Assembly: GCF_006345805.1 (NCBI RefSeq)
Contig: NW_021833075.1
Span: forward strand, 19,789-83,788
Length of the DNA: 64,000 nucleotides
Direction: 5' to 3'
Source: Octopus sinensis
Lineage: Eukaryota
Part shown: piece after piece, positions 24,196 to 38,791 of the stretch
Layout of the letters: the number at the start of each line of letters is the position of its first letter
How positions within the stretch are numbered: the first letter of the stretch is position 1
The notes under the pieces: generated by a model
Databases searched by the model: none
Told to the model about the DNA's origin: nothing
Seen by the model: only the letters and a program-made list of their open reading frames with translations
Made by a program: the position numbers and the translations under genes

Positions 24196-26099
24196 GACAT
24201 GAGATAACACAGTAGTGTTTAGTTAAATGCTCTGGAGCATTTACTTTTGGGACTCCCATTTTGAGTTTTAGCTGCGCAAAGGTAGCCTTTGTTCTTCAGA
24301 ATGTAGAAGTCCTGAAATTCTATTTTTTGCTTACGTTCTTCGGAAATCTACTTTCCATTTTATTTATCGAGTATTGATAAAATAAGTACCTGCTCCAGCC
24401 ACATATTGGTGTTGATTCAATCAACCATATTCAGTTCTTTGATCACAAAATTTTTGTTTTGTGTATTCTTTTTTGATGATTAGCATCGCCTAAAAATGAA
24501 ATACACGGACATTTATGCAACATATTTTTATGGTCGATATATTCGTCCGTAAAATCAAACAATGATATAAAAAAAAAACCGTTACTGTTGCTAAAATTTT
24601 CTTCTCATATAACTTCTGATAACACTCAACACTAGAAGAAGGTAGGAGTAAGTAACCGGGTCAGTTGTTGCTGTTGCTCTAACGCTTGCTTGAAGCAAGT
24701 TTGGAAGCATAGAAATAAATCAAATATTCATGAATGACAGTGTTGAATTACAGTAGTTGCTATTGTTTGACCTGATTTGGTAGAAATATATAAGGTATTT
24801 CAGTCGTAATCTCTATGGCTGTATATGGGTCTGCAGGAGTACATTATCAAATTTAGCCTTTCTTATATAAGTGCAAGGGTTTTGATTTGAGGGAGATTTA
24901 GTTGTTATTTCTACGAGATCAAACGACCAAGTAGATGCTCTCCATTTGGCACGTGGACAATTTTAGCGTTATGCTACTTTGCAATGCAGAAGTGTCTGTA
25001 AAGCAGTTAAGTGTAGAATAAGTGTATATAGAGAAACGGAATCCGGAAATTTAAAGCCGTATTTATAATTGCCTCAATTGCTTCAAATAATATCACAGTT
25101 CTAAATTGACCATTAAAACTATCCTTTTTGTAGAAATTCACTGCTTCCATACGGCAACACATTGTGGAACCTAGCATCAAAGCTAAATTATTTCTGCTAC
25201 TTCGACGATGTATTTTTCTTCATATGGTAGGTGCAGCTACTAGCTCGACATGTGCATATCAAGAACCTTAGTGTCATGATTACACACACATTCACACATG
25301 CATATACACACATACTCATGCACACACACTATCATTGCTCTTTCTCTTTATACATCCATGCGTACATAAATAAAAACATACACACACATACACACTACAA
25401 AACATTGACTCAAAGTTGTGAAAGCAAAATAAAAATATCCTTTTCCTTTTGGTAACCAAAACTAAGAACAAGCTGATATGTAATGAAATATCAATATACA
25501 ATTCCGTTTCGGAAAACGGAAGTAAGAGTCGTAATTAGTCCAATTGATTCTCCGATTACAAATGTCAGTCTGTTAATGTAGTAATAGTAGCTTCTGCTAG
25601 TTTTCTTTCTCTCTTTTTTTCTTTTACTGTTTAGAAATATATAGGGCGTAGTTATTGGGTTTGTTTGACTCGGCAGAAAAGTCCTCTAAACCAAGAGAGC
25701 AGGAGGAGGGCAAATTTGCAGCATTTATGCTTTCTGAAATGAATTAGCTACGTCAAAAAGGCTAAGTGGTTCAGGTAAAATAGAAATCACGTCGCAGGTT
25801 CGAACGGGAGAGATTATAGGATATCTATCAGCGTCGTGTTCGCGTAGCGCCTCTGAATTATATTTCAATTAACTCCGATTAGCCGCAAATGCAACGAGAT
25901 TAAGATTCCTGTAAGAAACACATTTCACTTCTCTAGTGTAAGTAATGTTCCTGAAAAAAAGTATAGACATCATAGTTTTTCATTTGCTTATTTCATAAAA
26001 TATAACGTCGTCCGGTGTTTTTATAATTGTTTAGTCACAAGAGGAAGAGTAGCATCCCTAGCTTTTCTCAAGACTCCCGAGTTTGTCAGCGAGGAAGTT

Positions 26100-27200
26100 T
26101 TCTTGATATCGGAGGCCCTGTTCAAATGTTTGCAACAAAGTTCACTCTTCAAAAGGTACCATTGGCCACGTAGTAATGTCAACATTAAGACTATCGCCCA
26201 AAAACATTAACGTTTTCTGCGAGTGATTCCACCACCAAATTTCATTCATTATCACCGCTTACACGGTGACTCTATGCACAGATTAAATATTAAGGATATT
26301 TACTTAATGTTGGCTTACTATTTAGAGATTTTTTAAAGATCAGTTTTGATAATTTTGGAGTGATTTGAAATAATGTAGAGTTACAGATCTTGGTTCATAC
26401 ATGTTCTCTTCATTTCAAGCGAGACTTTACTAAAAGCATTTTGAAAAATTTATTCATTTTTTAGACAGGCCTGCTGAATGTTGGATTTTTCTTCATTCAT
26501 ATATAGGGCCTGTTTTTGAGACGAAACCTAAGGTGGCATACACATAAATAGTTATGTTATAGTCATAAATAAATAAAATTTCACTCGTCATATGAACTGA
26601 GTTCTCTCAATATTCAGTAATTCATATAACTCGATGAAAACGCACAGACACAAACACGCGCACTCCACAACACGTTTAGACTTGCAAAAGGAGTAAAATG
26701 TAGTAAATATAGCAAAATTCACCCCATTATGGATATTTATTGATGGTTGTTGGCGTGTCCTCCTTATAATATCACCACCATTTTACCAGTACTATTTAGA
26801 ATATACAGATATAATAGAATATACTTAACTCGTTTGTGGATATGGTAATAATGTTACTCATGTTTCTTAACGATTTTTCTTGCTAGTTGTGAGGAAAATT
26901 CATTTTTTCTATATCTTTATAATTGTTATCCTTAACAGAGTGCTATAATGTTTTAAGGTTTGTTCTACTTGGTTGCGTAATATGGAGGGACATCTTTCGG
27001 CAACAGTTATGAGGCCTATAAATCATAACCTGGAAAGAATACGATTCTGACATTGTATACTCTACATCTGAATTAATTTCTGATTCCAAAATACTGATAT
27101 TCCTCTGATATCCGCCTCTTGTTTTTCAATAAGTATCCGCCATCCTTATTCTATAACGAGTAAAAGAAGAGACAAGCTAGTCATCAAATGGCAATACTAT
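26100..27200 (-). mobile_element. Possible highly decayed APE-type (CR1-group) LINE remnant
   Basis: Scattered motif echoes only (VMIYRPHN, cf. endonuclease IYRPP); many stops. Confidence 0.2.
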
Positions 27201-29334
27201 TTTACATGTTAACCTATCACAGAAAATTGCATACAATTATAACAAGGTGTAAATAATCAGCCTCTTATTGTTTATTAATATCTATGAATCAGTTTAAGGT
27301 ATCATTATGCTTCTGCCCCCATCAGTAAATGTGGAATTGACATCACTTCTACTTTTGTTGTTGCTACAGTTTGGCCATAGGCCAGCCCTTATCCAGCAAA
27401 CCACTTATCAAAGCATTCTAGCCGAACCCACTTATCGTTTATTCATAATGTATATTTAGGAGCTTGATATGTTCTTTTTAAAGACTGCTCAACTTGATTT
27501 GGGAAAGATTTGGCTGCCATTTTAGCATGTAGAGTAAACACATAGTGACTCCTTGTTGATTTGTCCTACTTCTCGATCGCTAACTCTGGCCGATTATTCG
27601 CTACTTTATACAGAGTTATTTATTTTGCATCGGTTTTTGTTATTCAAAAAGTGGCATTCTTTGCATCTATTTTTAGTGTTCGTTTTTTTTTTCAACTTCA
27701 ACGCATTCTTAAGTGAGAGGAAGAAAGAATGATAATTTGTTATTCTTGCATCATTAAGTGTTATGACGATAAACCAGTACCATCAACATTATTTTATCTT
27801 ACGGAATGAATTAATTGTTAAACTGATAGATCGGTAGATGGAACGGCAAAATGCCTTGCTTTATTTAATTGCCGTTTTTCTTGTTGTAAATACAAGTCCC
27901 ACAGGGACTGATTTTACCATTCATTCTTCCGAGGTCGAGTAAATATATACCAGTAAAATTATATCTCAGTATAATAGACTGTCTCTCCCATAGACTATGT
28001 AGTGTTGTACCGATGTTAAAAAAATCACCATGGCCAAGCAACTTCCTATAATACTAGTGGTGGTATACTAAATGGAATAAATCGATCGATCGAAATCCGA
28101 CATAAAAATGTGTGCTCTTGTGCTTAATTATTAGAGCAGAATGAACGATGGAAATGTCTGGCTACTATACAACTTTAGACTAAAGGTATCAAATCCATTT
28201 TGAATTAAACCTAGTTAAAATATATCCAAAATAAGGATATATGACTTACAGTAAAGCTTCGAATTGCAATCCTTATGGTATTTACTTTCGGTAATTATTT
28301 TTGTTCTAATGTAGCTGAAAAAGATATTGATATTTCCTTCCTCCAGGATCATTGAAATGTGTTCCTTAAACACACTATGTGGTCCATTCCATTCCCCATA
28401 CATTTCCTCTACAACGATATGGCTGTGAGAAAATACCTCAGGGGAGTAGTCTGTACACTAAATGCAGATATGGTAGGGTCTCACTACAAACTTTGGCCTC
28501 GTGCCTTGTCAATTGAAATAATTATTGGTGGTAGTAATTCCTTGCAGCTGTAAAATGATGTAAAAGCGTCACCTCACAGTTTTCCTGCATTTATATTCGT
28601 TATTTTTTTTTATGACATCGTTCCTTTTTCTCAGACACGATGCGATATAATAACATACCAGCTCCTTTATCCGCCGGATATGATTAAGTAATTGCGTCTT
28701 CATTTCATTTTACTTTATTTGTCTTATTATCATCGTCGTTGTTATCGTTAAATATCATTTACAGAATAATGAAATATAAGGTTTTTATTTTATGTTCATC
28801 TCTTTAAAGAATCTCTGCAACCCACACTCTCAACAAAGTATCATCATTCATTCACCTTCTTCCTCCCCACCACTTACTTACTACCTTATCCCCCGTCCCC
28901 ACACAAACACACGTACGCATACCCGCACACACACTTAAAACGTGCGTAAATTCAAACAGAAGCACTTATGAATCCAAGAGTTAGTGGCAGTACGAAGTGT
29001 GAAGTGGAGGTGATGGTGGGTACAATCATTGCTTGACACTTTTAAAACACCCCTGTAACCAAAAAGAGACTGACATGCGCTCCCTACTTTATGCAGCTCT
29101 TCTTTTTTTACTACCTAACAGATTCAAAGATTGTCGGATGAAATTAAAATCTGAAATCATATATAATAGAATTCCTTTCCAAAGGGAAATGCATTTTATG
29201 TATTGAGATGTTTAGAAATTTCAATGAGAAAGTGGGAAATTACTTTTTGTGGGAGGGATTGGTAAGGGGTGTAGTTTAGATCATTATCCAAACGTTATTT
29301 TAATTATGATTTACCTGCAAAATGTCCGTAAACA

Positions 29335-29497
29335 GGCGCAGGAGTGGCTGTGTGGTAAGTAGCTTGCTAACCAACCACATGGTTCCGGGTTCAGTCCCAC
29401 TGCGTGGCATCTTGGGCAAGTGTCTTCTGCTATAGCCCTGGGCCGACCAATGCCTTGTGAGTGGATTTGGTAGACGGAAACTGAAAGAAGCCTGTCG

Positions 29498-29530
<33 letters not shown>

Positions 29531-29765
29531 CTGTGTTTGTGTGTGTGTATGTGTTTGTGTGTGTGTGTTTGTCCCCCTAGCATTGCTTGACAACCGATGC
29601 TGGTGTGTTTACGTCCCCATCACTTAGCGGTTCGGCAAAAGAGACCGATAGAATAAGTACTGGGCTTACAAAAGAATAAGTCCCGGGGTCGAGTTGCTCG
29701 ATTACAAAAAAAGGCAGTGCTCAAGCATGGCCGCAATCAAATGACTGAAACAAGCGAAAGAAAAA
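29335..29765 (+). mobile_element. SINE family A, full length
   Basis: Same head, internal microsatellite and tail as 11662-12078. Confidence 0.9.
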
Positions 29766-30246
29766 AACTACAAAGAGAATACTATAACTGTCTCAAGAAA
29801 ATTTTTTCAGTCAATATGGTATCGCCTCGTTACAATTTCAAATCTCAGACAAGCTAATGTATGACCTATATCATTCCAATTTTTTATTTTATTCTTTATT
29901 TTTTTACTCTTTTACCACTATCTTATTTTTTATTCCTTTCTCCTATCTCTCTCTCTTTCTCCTCTTTTTCACTCTCGTAACCAACTCACAAACCCATTCA
30001 TGTCCATCGCACTTTCCATATATACATTCACAATATGAATACATCATTCAAAGTACTACCAAAATACTGCCTGGATTTACTTGGGATTTTAACCAAAAAC
30101 CTGTATCTTCATGGAACTACCGACCAACATCCATATCTTCTGGAAAAATATGAGTTGTGGACATTATTCTCCTGCCTATATTCTTCAAACTACTTTTACT
30201 CTTTATTCTTCTCTCTTACTCCTTAATTCTTCTATTTTATACATTA

Positions 30247-30550
30247 CTAGCAGTATCGCCCGGCGTTGCTCGGGTTTGTAAGGGAAATAACTATATAAGC
30301 ATTTTTAGAGAGTTACTTCCCTTATATAAACCGAGCAAAAATTGCATTAAAAAAACGAAAAAATGATGGTAATTTTTTTTTAAATCGTAGACTCATCGTA
30401 GACACGCGCTAGTACCCAGAAGGGCTCGATATGAATCACGACTATAAGATACCCGCTTTTGGTTAAACTGCACCGCAAAATGTGGGAGTAGTTAGGAATC
30501 TAAATCGGAGGAGACAGACTCTCACACAACTTCAGTTTTATATATAAAGA
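30247..30550 (-). mobile_element. Non-autonomous Helitron, shorter copy
   Basis: A|CTAGCAGTATCGCCCGGCGTTGCTCGGG...TTTTATATATAAAGA|T; lacks one internal subrepeat relative to the 19563 copy. Confidence 0.85.
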
Positions 30551-30614
30551 TAAACTGTGAATTTTATTCCTTGTAAACTGTAAGAATTTTCCCTCTCTAA
30601 ATTATTCACACCTT

Positions 30615-30690
30615 GTCTCTGATGACAGAACACCCGGTGCATGGACATGCTAACCTACCACTTGGGTTATCCTAGAAACGGTTGTAAGAC
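30615..30690 (+). ncRNA. Type I hammerhead ribozyme motif with enlarged, degenerate stem II
   Basis: GTCT-CTGATGA-(49 nt)-GAAA-CGGTTG-TA-AGAC: intact core, 4-bp stem I, near-palindromic stem III; stem II closing pair mismatched. Confidence 0.55.
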
Positions 30691-31042
30691 TTCAAATTAA
30701 ATTAATGCAACTAACTTGAGCTATTTGTTTTGCCTTGGTTTTGATTTTTCCTCTAAAATAATATACGCCTGCTATAACGGAACTCTAACACAGATCCACA
30801 GATGTAGCCTGAACAATGATCTTGGAACCTAACGGCCGAATTCTATAGCACTCACCCAGCGTACCTATTCGTTTAGATCACAAGTGAACTAAACCCTTCA
30901 CATCATTCTGTGTGTGTATATATATATATATATATGCATGTGTGTGTGTATATATATATGTATATGTATATATACATATATATATATATAATATATATAT
31001 GCATGTGTGTGTGTATATATATATGTATATGTATATATACAT

Positions 31043-31076
<34 letters not shown>

Positions 31077-32859
31077 CACATAATATATATATACATATAT
31101 ACATACACATACACACATATATGATATATATATACACACACATGTAATACACAAACGCACACACATATATATATACATAAATTCACACATATAATATATA
31201 TATGTATATACACATATAGAATATATATATACAGATACATACACACTCTATATGTTTGTGCAATGTGTGGGTGTATATAACTGTGGTGTATTTGTGTATG
31301 TAGGGGTTAAAGAAACGCTGACATGTTTTGGTTAAAACATGTGCATTGTGCGTTGCTCTTATTTCTTGTTTAAAAGGTTTTGGTGTATGTGTTGACATGT
31401 GCTATTTTTTTATTTTTATTTTGTACAATATCTAAAATATCTTTTTCTTCGGGATTTAGCCTCTGAGACTAATAAATTTCACGTCATAATGTGTCATATC
31501 ATCTGTTTCTATAATAGTTTAGTCACCCTTAGTTTCGGGAACGTGTTAGGCTGACATAGTTCTTATGAAGAACTGTGTAAAGAGACGAAAAAATGTCTGT
31601 ACTCGATTCAAAATAGTTCTTTCGTTTAGATTATCTTTGATGAATTTGTGACAAATATTATCCCGGCAACAAATCAAAATAACGAAGAGGTGGATATATT
31701 TATCGAAAGCCAAATACATTGGAACATGTTATAGTCACTTTCGTATATTTCTCAAAATGCCAAAACATTTCATCGTAATTCTATAACATGTTCATAGACA
31801 GTTCCACGGCATTTCTTGAAAGTCAGTTACTAGCCATTTTTATATGCCTTTTTATTTAAACTGACCACGAATTGACTTTCATGATACACAATGACATTGT
31901 GTCAGTGACCAGATTACTAGCGTTCTTTAACGATTTATTTGATTAACTTTCAATGTATGTTCTTTGATTAATTCACCCATTATGTTGGAAATACGGCTGT
32001 ATTGAAGCTTCATGTTTTTTCATAACGATTTCTTTTTATTTGTTCAATAGTTTAGATTACTTTGGAATAGTTAACTATCTAAGTCTATCAACGTTTCCCG
32101 ACACGGCTGTGTTCGAATGTAATTTATGATATTGATGATTTTTTTCATATTTCCTTTATCATAAATTATGATTAGTTGGAAATCTGAACGTTTCTAATTA
32201 CTTTAAACTTACTAAATATTTTCGGTCTTATCCTCCGAATGAAGTAGTTTTTGTTGCAGTTTAGCCGCGTTTTTTGCAGGCGATAAGGATCAGGAGGATG
32301 CACTTTTAACAGATAAGATCAACATATGCGAATTTAATATACGTTTAACTGTTAACTTAGTTACTTTCTTATTTTATTGCACGGCTACTTATCCTTATTA
32401 CAAAATAGAAAACAAATTTTAGTTTGTAAATATTTTTTATTAATAAAGCTTCCCCATCAAATCTATTAAAACAAAAAAAATTCTATACGAGTTGTTATTG
32501 ATATCAGCAATGATTTTGCTACCTAATGCTTCCTTCTTTTTTCTGTGTTGCAATCTAATATAATGGTACCTTATTGTAAATGTATAATCATTGGACGAGA
32601 AAGTGTTATGCTTATGTGCACAACATGATATTTCGAGAAACGAAGTTTATGTTTCTCGTTTGCATCAAAATTGATACATCATGCTGGTTGTCTGAAGTCT
32701 ATTCTGTGGTTTACAGACTTAATGAGAAGGTTTTAAATACTATTTTGTTCTTTTTTTGTGATATATTATTACGGATTGCTGGAGGTTATATCTAATACAT
32801 GCTGCATTCGTTTTGAACTGACGTATTCAAGTGAAGGTTCGTTGCCTAGAAGTTAGGTG

Positions 32860-33130
32860 TGCTGCATTTTCGATCGTCGGACCATATTTTCTACTCCCGG
32901 ACCGACTGGTGCGTTGTGCTCTTGAGAAAAACACTTCACTTCCCGTTGCTCTACTCCACTTCCCGTTGCTCTACTCCTCTCAGTTGCTAATGAGTTTCAG
33001 TAATATCTGGGAAGTTAATCCTTCAACAGACTAGCGTCCCATTCTGTGGAAAGTAGAGTTGTAATCTCAGTTATTTATACGTCATGAAAACTGGGTAAAG
33101 CTCCGAGCTTATGAGTCATACAACTCATGA
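32860..33130 (+). mobile_element. Old SINE-like element with conserved-core-type sequence and a 20-bp internal tandem duplication
   Basis: GCGTTGTGCTCTTGAGAAAAACACTT...GACTAGCGTCCCAT...GAAAACTGGGTAAAGCTCCG resembles ancient metazoan SINE cores; CACTTCCCGTTGCTCTACTC occurs twice. Confidence 0.4.
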
Positions 33131-33554
33131 AGGGCCTCAGTCTATTAATCTGCTCTATAAGTAGGATATATTTATTTCATGTATTATACTATAGGTGTTG
33201 GTTTGTGGGGCTTTACTGGGTGAAGTTGTTTGTATTGTTATTGCAGTTAATAAAGAAATAAAAAATAAACTCAACTCAATATGGATATTTGAACACATTA
33301 GTAGCTAAGATGTAGAAAAATGCAAAAATAACATGAGTACAAAAAAAAATAATAAAGCTATACAAGATATCTTCCAGAATGAACATCTAAGAACGTAGAT
33401 GAACATCTATAGCAATAGCAAAGTACCAACAAACACTATCCATGAACTTTTATTTTAAAGTTGATATTCGAAAAATAGCGTAAATTATATAATTATATAG
33501 GAAATGTCATTATGAAACACTTTCATTATCTGTTCATCTCAAAAAAAAAAAAAA

Positions 33555-34245
33555 AGGCGATGAGCTGGCAGAACCGTTAGCACGCCGGAAAATGCTTAGC
33601 GGCATTACGTTCGCCTTTACGATCTGAGTTCAAATTCAGCCGAGGTCAACTTTACTTTGTCATCCTTTTGTGGTCTATAAGATAAATACCGTTTGAGCAC
33701 TGGGGTTGATGTGATCGATTTATCTCCTCCTCCGAAGTTACTACTTTTGTGTCAAAATTTGAAACCGTTACTATTAAGGTGGCGAGCTAACAGAATAGCT
33801 TGTACGTCGGACAAAATGCTTGGGGTCGATGTAATCGGCTATCCTTACCCTCAAAATTTCAGGCTTTGTGCTTATAGTAATGATAATGTTTATTATTAAG
33901 GGATGAGCTGAGAGAATCACTAGCACGCCGGATAAAATGCATTGCGTCCGTCTTAAGTTCTGGGCCCAAATTCCGCTGCGGTCGACATTGCTTTTCAAAC
34001 TTTTGGGGTCGATGTAATCGACTTCTCCCTTCCATCAAAGGCTGTTGGCCCTATTCATTACAATGGCAGAATTGTTAGCAGGCCGGCTCTTTACGTTCTG
34101 AGATCAAATTTCTCCAAGGTTAACTTTGCCCTTCATCACTTCGGGGTCGATAAAATACGTTCCAGTCAAGTACTGAGGACGATGTAATCGACATACTCTC
34201 TCTCGCTAAAATTGCTGACCTTGTGCTAAAATTTGAAACAATTAT
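33555..34245 (+). mobile_element. Chain of 3-4 degenerate SINE family B copies
   Basis: Repeated GAGCTGGCAGAA..TTAGCACGCC heads and GGGGTCGATGTAATCG bodies. Confidence 0.75.
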
Positions 34246-34257
34246 CTGTTCATCATA

Positions 34258-34680
34258 GGCGTAGGAATGGCTGTGTGCTAAGTAGCTTGCTTACGAACCA
34301 CATGGTTCCGGGTTCAGTCCCACTGCGTGGCACCTTGGGCAAGTGTCTTCTACTATAGCCTCGGGCCGACCAAAGCCTTGTGAATGGATTTGGTAGATGG
34401 AAACTGAAAGACGCCCGTCGTATACATGTATATGTATATATGTATGAGTGTGTATATGTTTGTGTGTCTGTGTTTGTTCCCCCCAACATCGCTTGACAAC
34501 CGATGCTGGTGTGTTTACGTCACCGTAACCTAGCGGTTCGGTAAAAAGAGGCCGATAGAATAAGTAGTAGGCTTACAAAGAATAAGTCCTGGGGTCGATT
34601 TGCTCGACTAAAGACGGTGCTCCAGCATGGCCACAGTCAAATGACTGAAACAAGTAAAAGAGTAAAGAGTAAAAAGAGTA
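34258..34680 (+). mobile_element. SINE family A, full length
   Basis: Head GGCGTAGGAATGGCTGTG to the (AGAGTAA) tail. Confidence 0.9.
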
Positions 34681-34936
34681 TCTCTAATACACGTGGAATA
34701 TCACGCTTCTACTTCAGGCCCTAATCTCAATCAACTTTACGTCTTGTTTTCCCCGTCGACTTATCGTACTTATTTTATTCTCATATTATGTTCTACAACT
34801 AAATAATAAATAAAGCCCTGAACATTTTAATTGCATGCTGGACCAATCGACACTTCATCTGCCGAGTTCACTTTCATTATGTAGGCGTTTTGAGTATTGT
34901 ACACCAACATTCTTTTTCCTTGTACTTGTTATCTAC

Positions 34937-35016
34937 ACCGCCACCACCATCACCACCACCACCATCACCAAGCCATCATCACCACCATCATCATCATCAT
35001 CACCACCACCACCACC

Positions 35017-35077
<61 letters not shown>

Positions 35078-35107
35078 CCACCATCGTCGTCATCGTCGTC
35101 ATCATAA
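34937..35107. repeat. (CAC)/(CAT)/(CGT) trinucleotide block
   Basis: Direct reading; a second block lies at 35455-35612. Confidence 0.95.
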
Positions 35108-36335
35108 TCGCAACCTTTCTACCTTCCAGCCTTCGTTCTCGCCTTAACACATCTTCCGAAATTTTTTGTTTCTTACACAAACTTTATCACACAGAAATCA
35201 GTCAGTTTTGCACGAGTTGAACCCATTTGTGATTAAACTGATAAAAAATGAAATAAACAAAACTTACTGCCGTTTCTCGGATCCCCGTTTTCTTGAACAC
35301 ATTGCTGACATTTTCAACTATAAACCCACCATTCAAATAGGGATGGGGGAGACCCGTGCTTTTTCAGCTATCTACAAATCTTTAGAGTACACATCTTGTC
35401 ATCTAAGGATAGTCATCTTATAAATTTTATAATTTATTCATTCTTTATCGCCACCGTCATCGCAATTGTCATCATCGTCGTCGTCATCATCATCATCATC
35501 ATCGTCGCCGTCGTCGTCGTCGTCATCATCATCATCATCACCATCATCGCAACCATCCTCACCACCACCATCATCATTATCGTCGTCATCATCATCATCA
35601 TCATCATCATCTCAATGTAATTATTGCTGTGAGTAAGGCACGAGGCAGTTTGTAGAAGAGTTCGAAAACAATATCATATTCCGTTTTATGTTCTGATTTC
35701 AAATCTTGCCAAGATTGATTTTAAGGAGACGGGTCAACGATCCACTAAACGGCTGCTCGACCAGTTAGAAATATCGACTAAATAATGTCTCTCAAATTAC
35801 AGCTAGAATACCTGGTTTATTTGATTAACAGCTGATTATTTCTTGCCCTGTGTCGATGGTACATATCTCACTTCACCTCACTCTGTTATCATACCTTGTG
35901 ACTCTAATGTTCGCAACTTCGCTTGGCTCATGCATTCCCTGTTGCACACAGATGTAGCAAATCTAGAAGTCGAATATTCTAGATTATCTGCAATTAATCT
36001 AGAATATTTCTAGATATTTCTCACAGATGCAAGTCAAATGAGAAAAATTTTCCGGTTTCCTTGGGGCAGCAAACCCAACAACTTTGACAGTATTCTTCTT
36101 AATACCCTCAAGCACTTTGCTTCAAAGGAACTCTTCGCATAATCTTCCAATCTTTGTGCCCCTATTGGGACCTAATCTGCAATGTGTTCTATATCTAAGA
36201 CAGCAAGCGAAATTTTAAAAATGATGAAAGCAGCCGTTAGCATTTCCTAAAACATTAGACTCTCTCTCCTATCTCGATGGCGTCCAGTATGGTAACCACA
36301 TATCATAGCAGTAGATCTTCATGGGTCCTGCTCAC

Positions 36336-36496
36336 CCTTAAAGCATTCTGTGTAAACAATGCCATTACATTTAACATTAGCAGAGCCTTTCGCCGTGTCT
36401 AGCATAAGAATTTCCGAGCCAAACTCTTCATTTGCCAATTGTATCTGCTTCTCATTTCTTGAGTTGAAACTTCCTTTGTAGCATGCTCTGACAGGG
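36336..36496 (-). CDS. Candidate internal coding exon, product unknown
   Basis: Acceptor TCTTACCACATCAG, donor AAGG|GTGAG, 53 open codons PVRACYKGSFN...KCNGIVYTECFK. No family recognised. Confidence 0.3.
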
Positions 36497-37587
36497 CTGA
36501 TGTGGTAAGATGTATTCATATAAGCAACAGCAGTATAATGAAAAGAATGATACATTAACTGGCATATTTCTTTCCACAGTAAAAGCTAATTGTGTTTGGT
36601 TAGCGCTCTTTACAGGAAGATATTTGTTTCTCAACTGTTAATCATTATGGAAGCAGCAGATATGCAACGACCAAAAACACAGCATGTCCAGGATTTGTGT
36701 CTCACTATAATGTTATATCTTACCAGTCCCCTTTCGAGTATAAAATAGTTGTTATTACATTACTTTTATGTGTAGCATAATTCCCTTTAAAATTGTGGTC
36801 ACTTACCAAAAGAAAGGAAATAGCTTTTCATTCAGAGCAGAAGAATTGCTGCAGAGGGCGCAGGGTCAGATTTCTCTCACTATGCTACATAGTTTATTAC
36901 AGCTCAAATATAGCTAGACATGAATTTGATTCTCCTCACTCCAATGTTTGATAAATATATTAGCATCGATTTCATTGCCTACACGACTTCCGCTGTGAGA
37001 GATGTAATCAAATGAAATAATATTTTTGCCGCATATCATATTCTAACAGATGTAACAGTTAACGGAAAGCTCTCAAAAGAACGAGAGTGCATTGGGGTTT
37101 CAATTTGCAATTGATGCCAATTTACACCAATTGCAGTGCCAATACACCCAGGAAAGTTATGTGAGCCACAGAACTTATCTCGTTCTTTGAAAATTAATCC
37201 GTTGCCGGCAAGAAACCCGGATATTTAAGATATAAATATATTTCTCACAAATATTCTTCAGTTCTTTAATGATTTCGAACGCTTGTAGACTTTACAGGGG
37301 AGCCAGTTACTAATGGGCACAAGCAACATATACATATAACGTAATTTATATATCTAAAATACACATAGGGTTTATTCTGCATGTATATTTCACCGTCTTT
37401 TTATACGTTTATATATATATATATATAAATATATATACACACATACATACAAGCTTACACACTCACACAAACATACTTATATATATATGCATATAATACA
37501 TACATATATGTATATTTATATGTGTGCCCGCACACACACGCACAAATCTCTCTCTCTCTCTCTCTCCCCCTCTCTCTCTCTCTCTCA

Positions 37588-37641
<54 letters not shown>

Positions 37642-38432
37642 TATGGTTCCGTAATCTATCAACCAACTGAATTGTAGATCGGATATTTTCATAAACTGCA
37701 AGTATCTCGACAAATTTTAATTAAACCATATTACTCTACCTCTGGTATTTGAGTACTCTTTTTTCCACTTTGTCTCACATTTATGTGCATACATCCGGTG
37801 TATATATATTTATATATATATACATGTACGATGGGCTTCTTTCAGTTTCTAACTACCAGATCTACTCACAGGCCATAATAGAAGACACTTGCTCAAGAAT
37901 CTACAAGATGTGACTGAACCGGGAACCACACACGCGCGCGCACACACACACACACATGCACTTGTGTGCATGTGTACAGATTATCACAGATTATATGTAT
38001 ACTGACAGACCATTATATGTGTGCGTTTATGTAAATATATTATATTATATATATATATATATATAATATATATATATATATATTATAATACATTTATATA
38101 TATTTATACATATATATTTATATAAATATATTATATATATAAACATTATATAAACATTATATAAAATATAATGTATATAGATGTATATTATAATATGTAT
38201 ATATATACATAGATATATATGTATATATACATATATATGTGTATATATATACACATATATATATATGTATATATATATACATACATATATATGCATAAGT
38301 ATCTATATAAACATATATATATGTATATATATACTATATATATTATATGTATATATATACATATATGTGTATATATTATATATTATATATGTATATAGGA
38401 TAATAATACATGCATATATATATATATATATA

Positions 38433-38472
<40 letters not shown>

Positions 38473-38560
38473 TATACGTACATTATATGTATATATATAT
38501 ATACTTATATATATATGTATAGATATATACATACATATATATATATATATATATACGTAC

Positions 38561-38591
<31 letters not shown>

Positions 38592-38688
38592 TATGTATAT
38601 ATATACATAGATATATACACACATAGATATACATACATACATTCATACATACATACATACATACATACATACATAATTATATATATAC

Positions 38689-38746
<58 letters not shown>

Positions 38747-38749
38747 ATG

Positions 38750-38791
<42 letters not shown>

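Noticed and set aside
35973-36008. 14-bp AT-rich inverted repeat with an 8-nt loop
   Set aside because: Short and AT-rich, so plausible by chance or local slippage; no associated feature.
36807-36993. Longer 187-nt version of the 36.8-kb exon (acceptor CTCTCACAG)
   Set aside because: It has stops in all three frames; only the 42-nt version was kept as a candidate.
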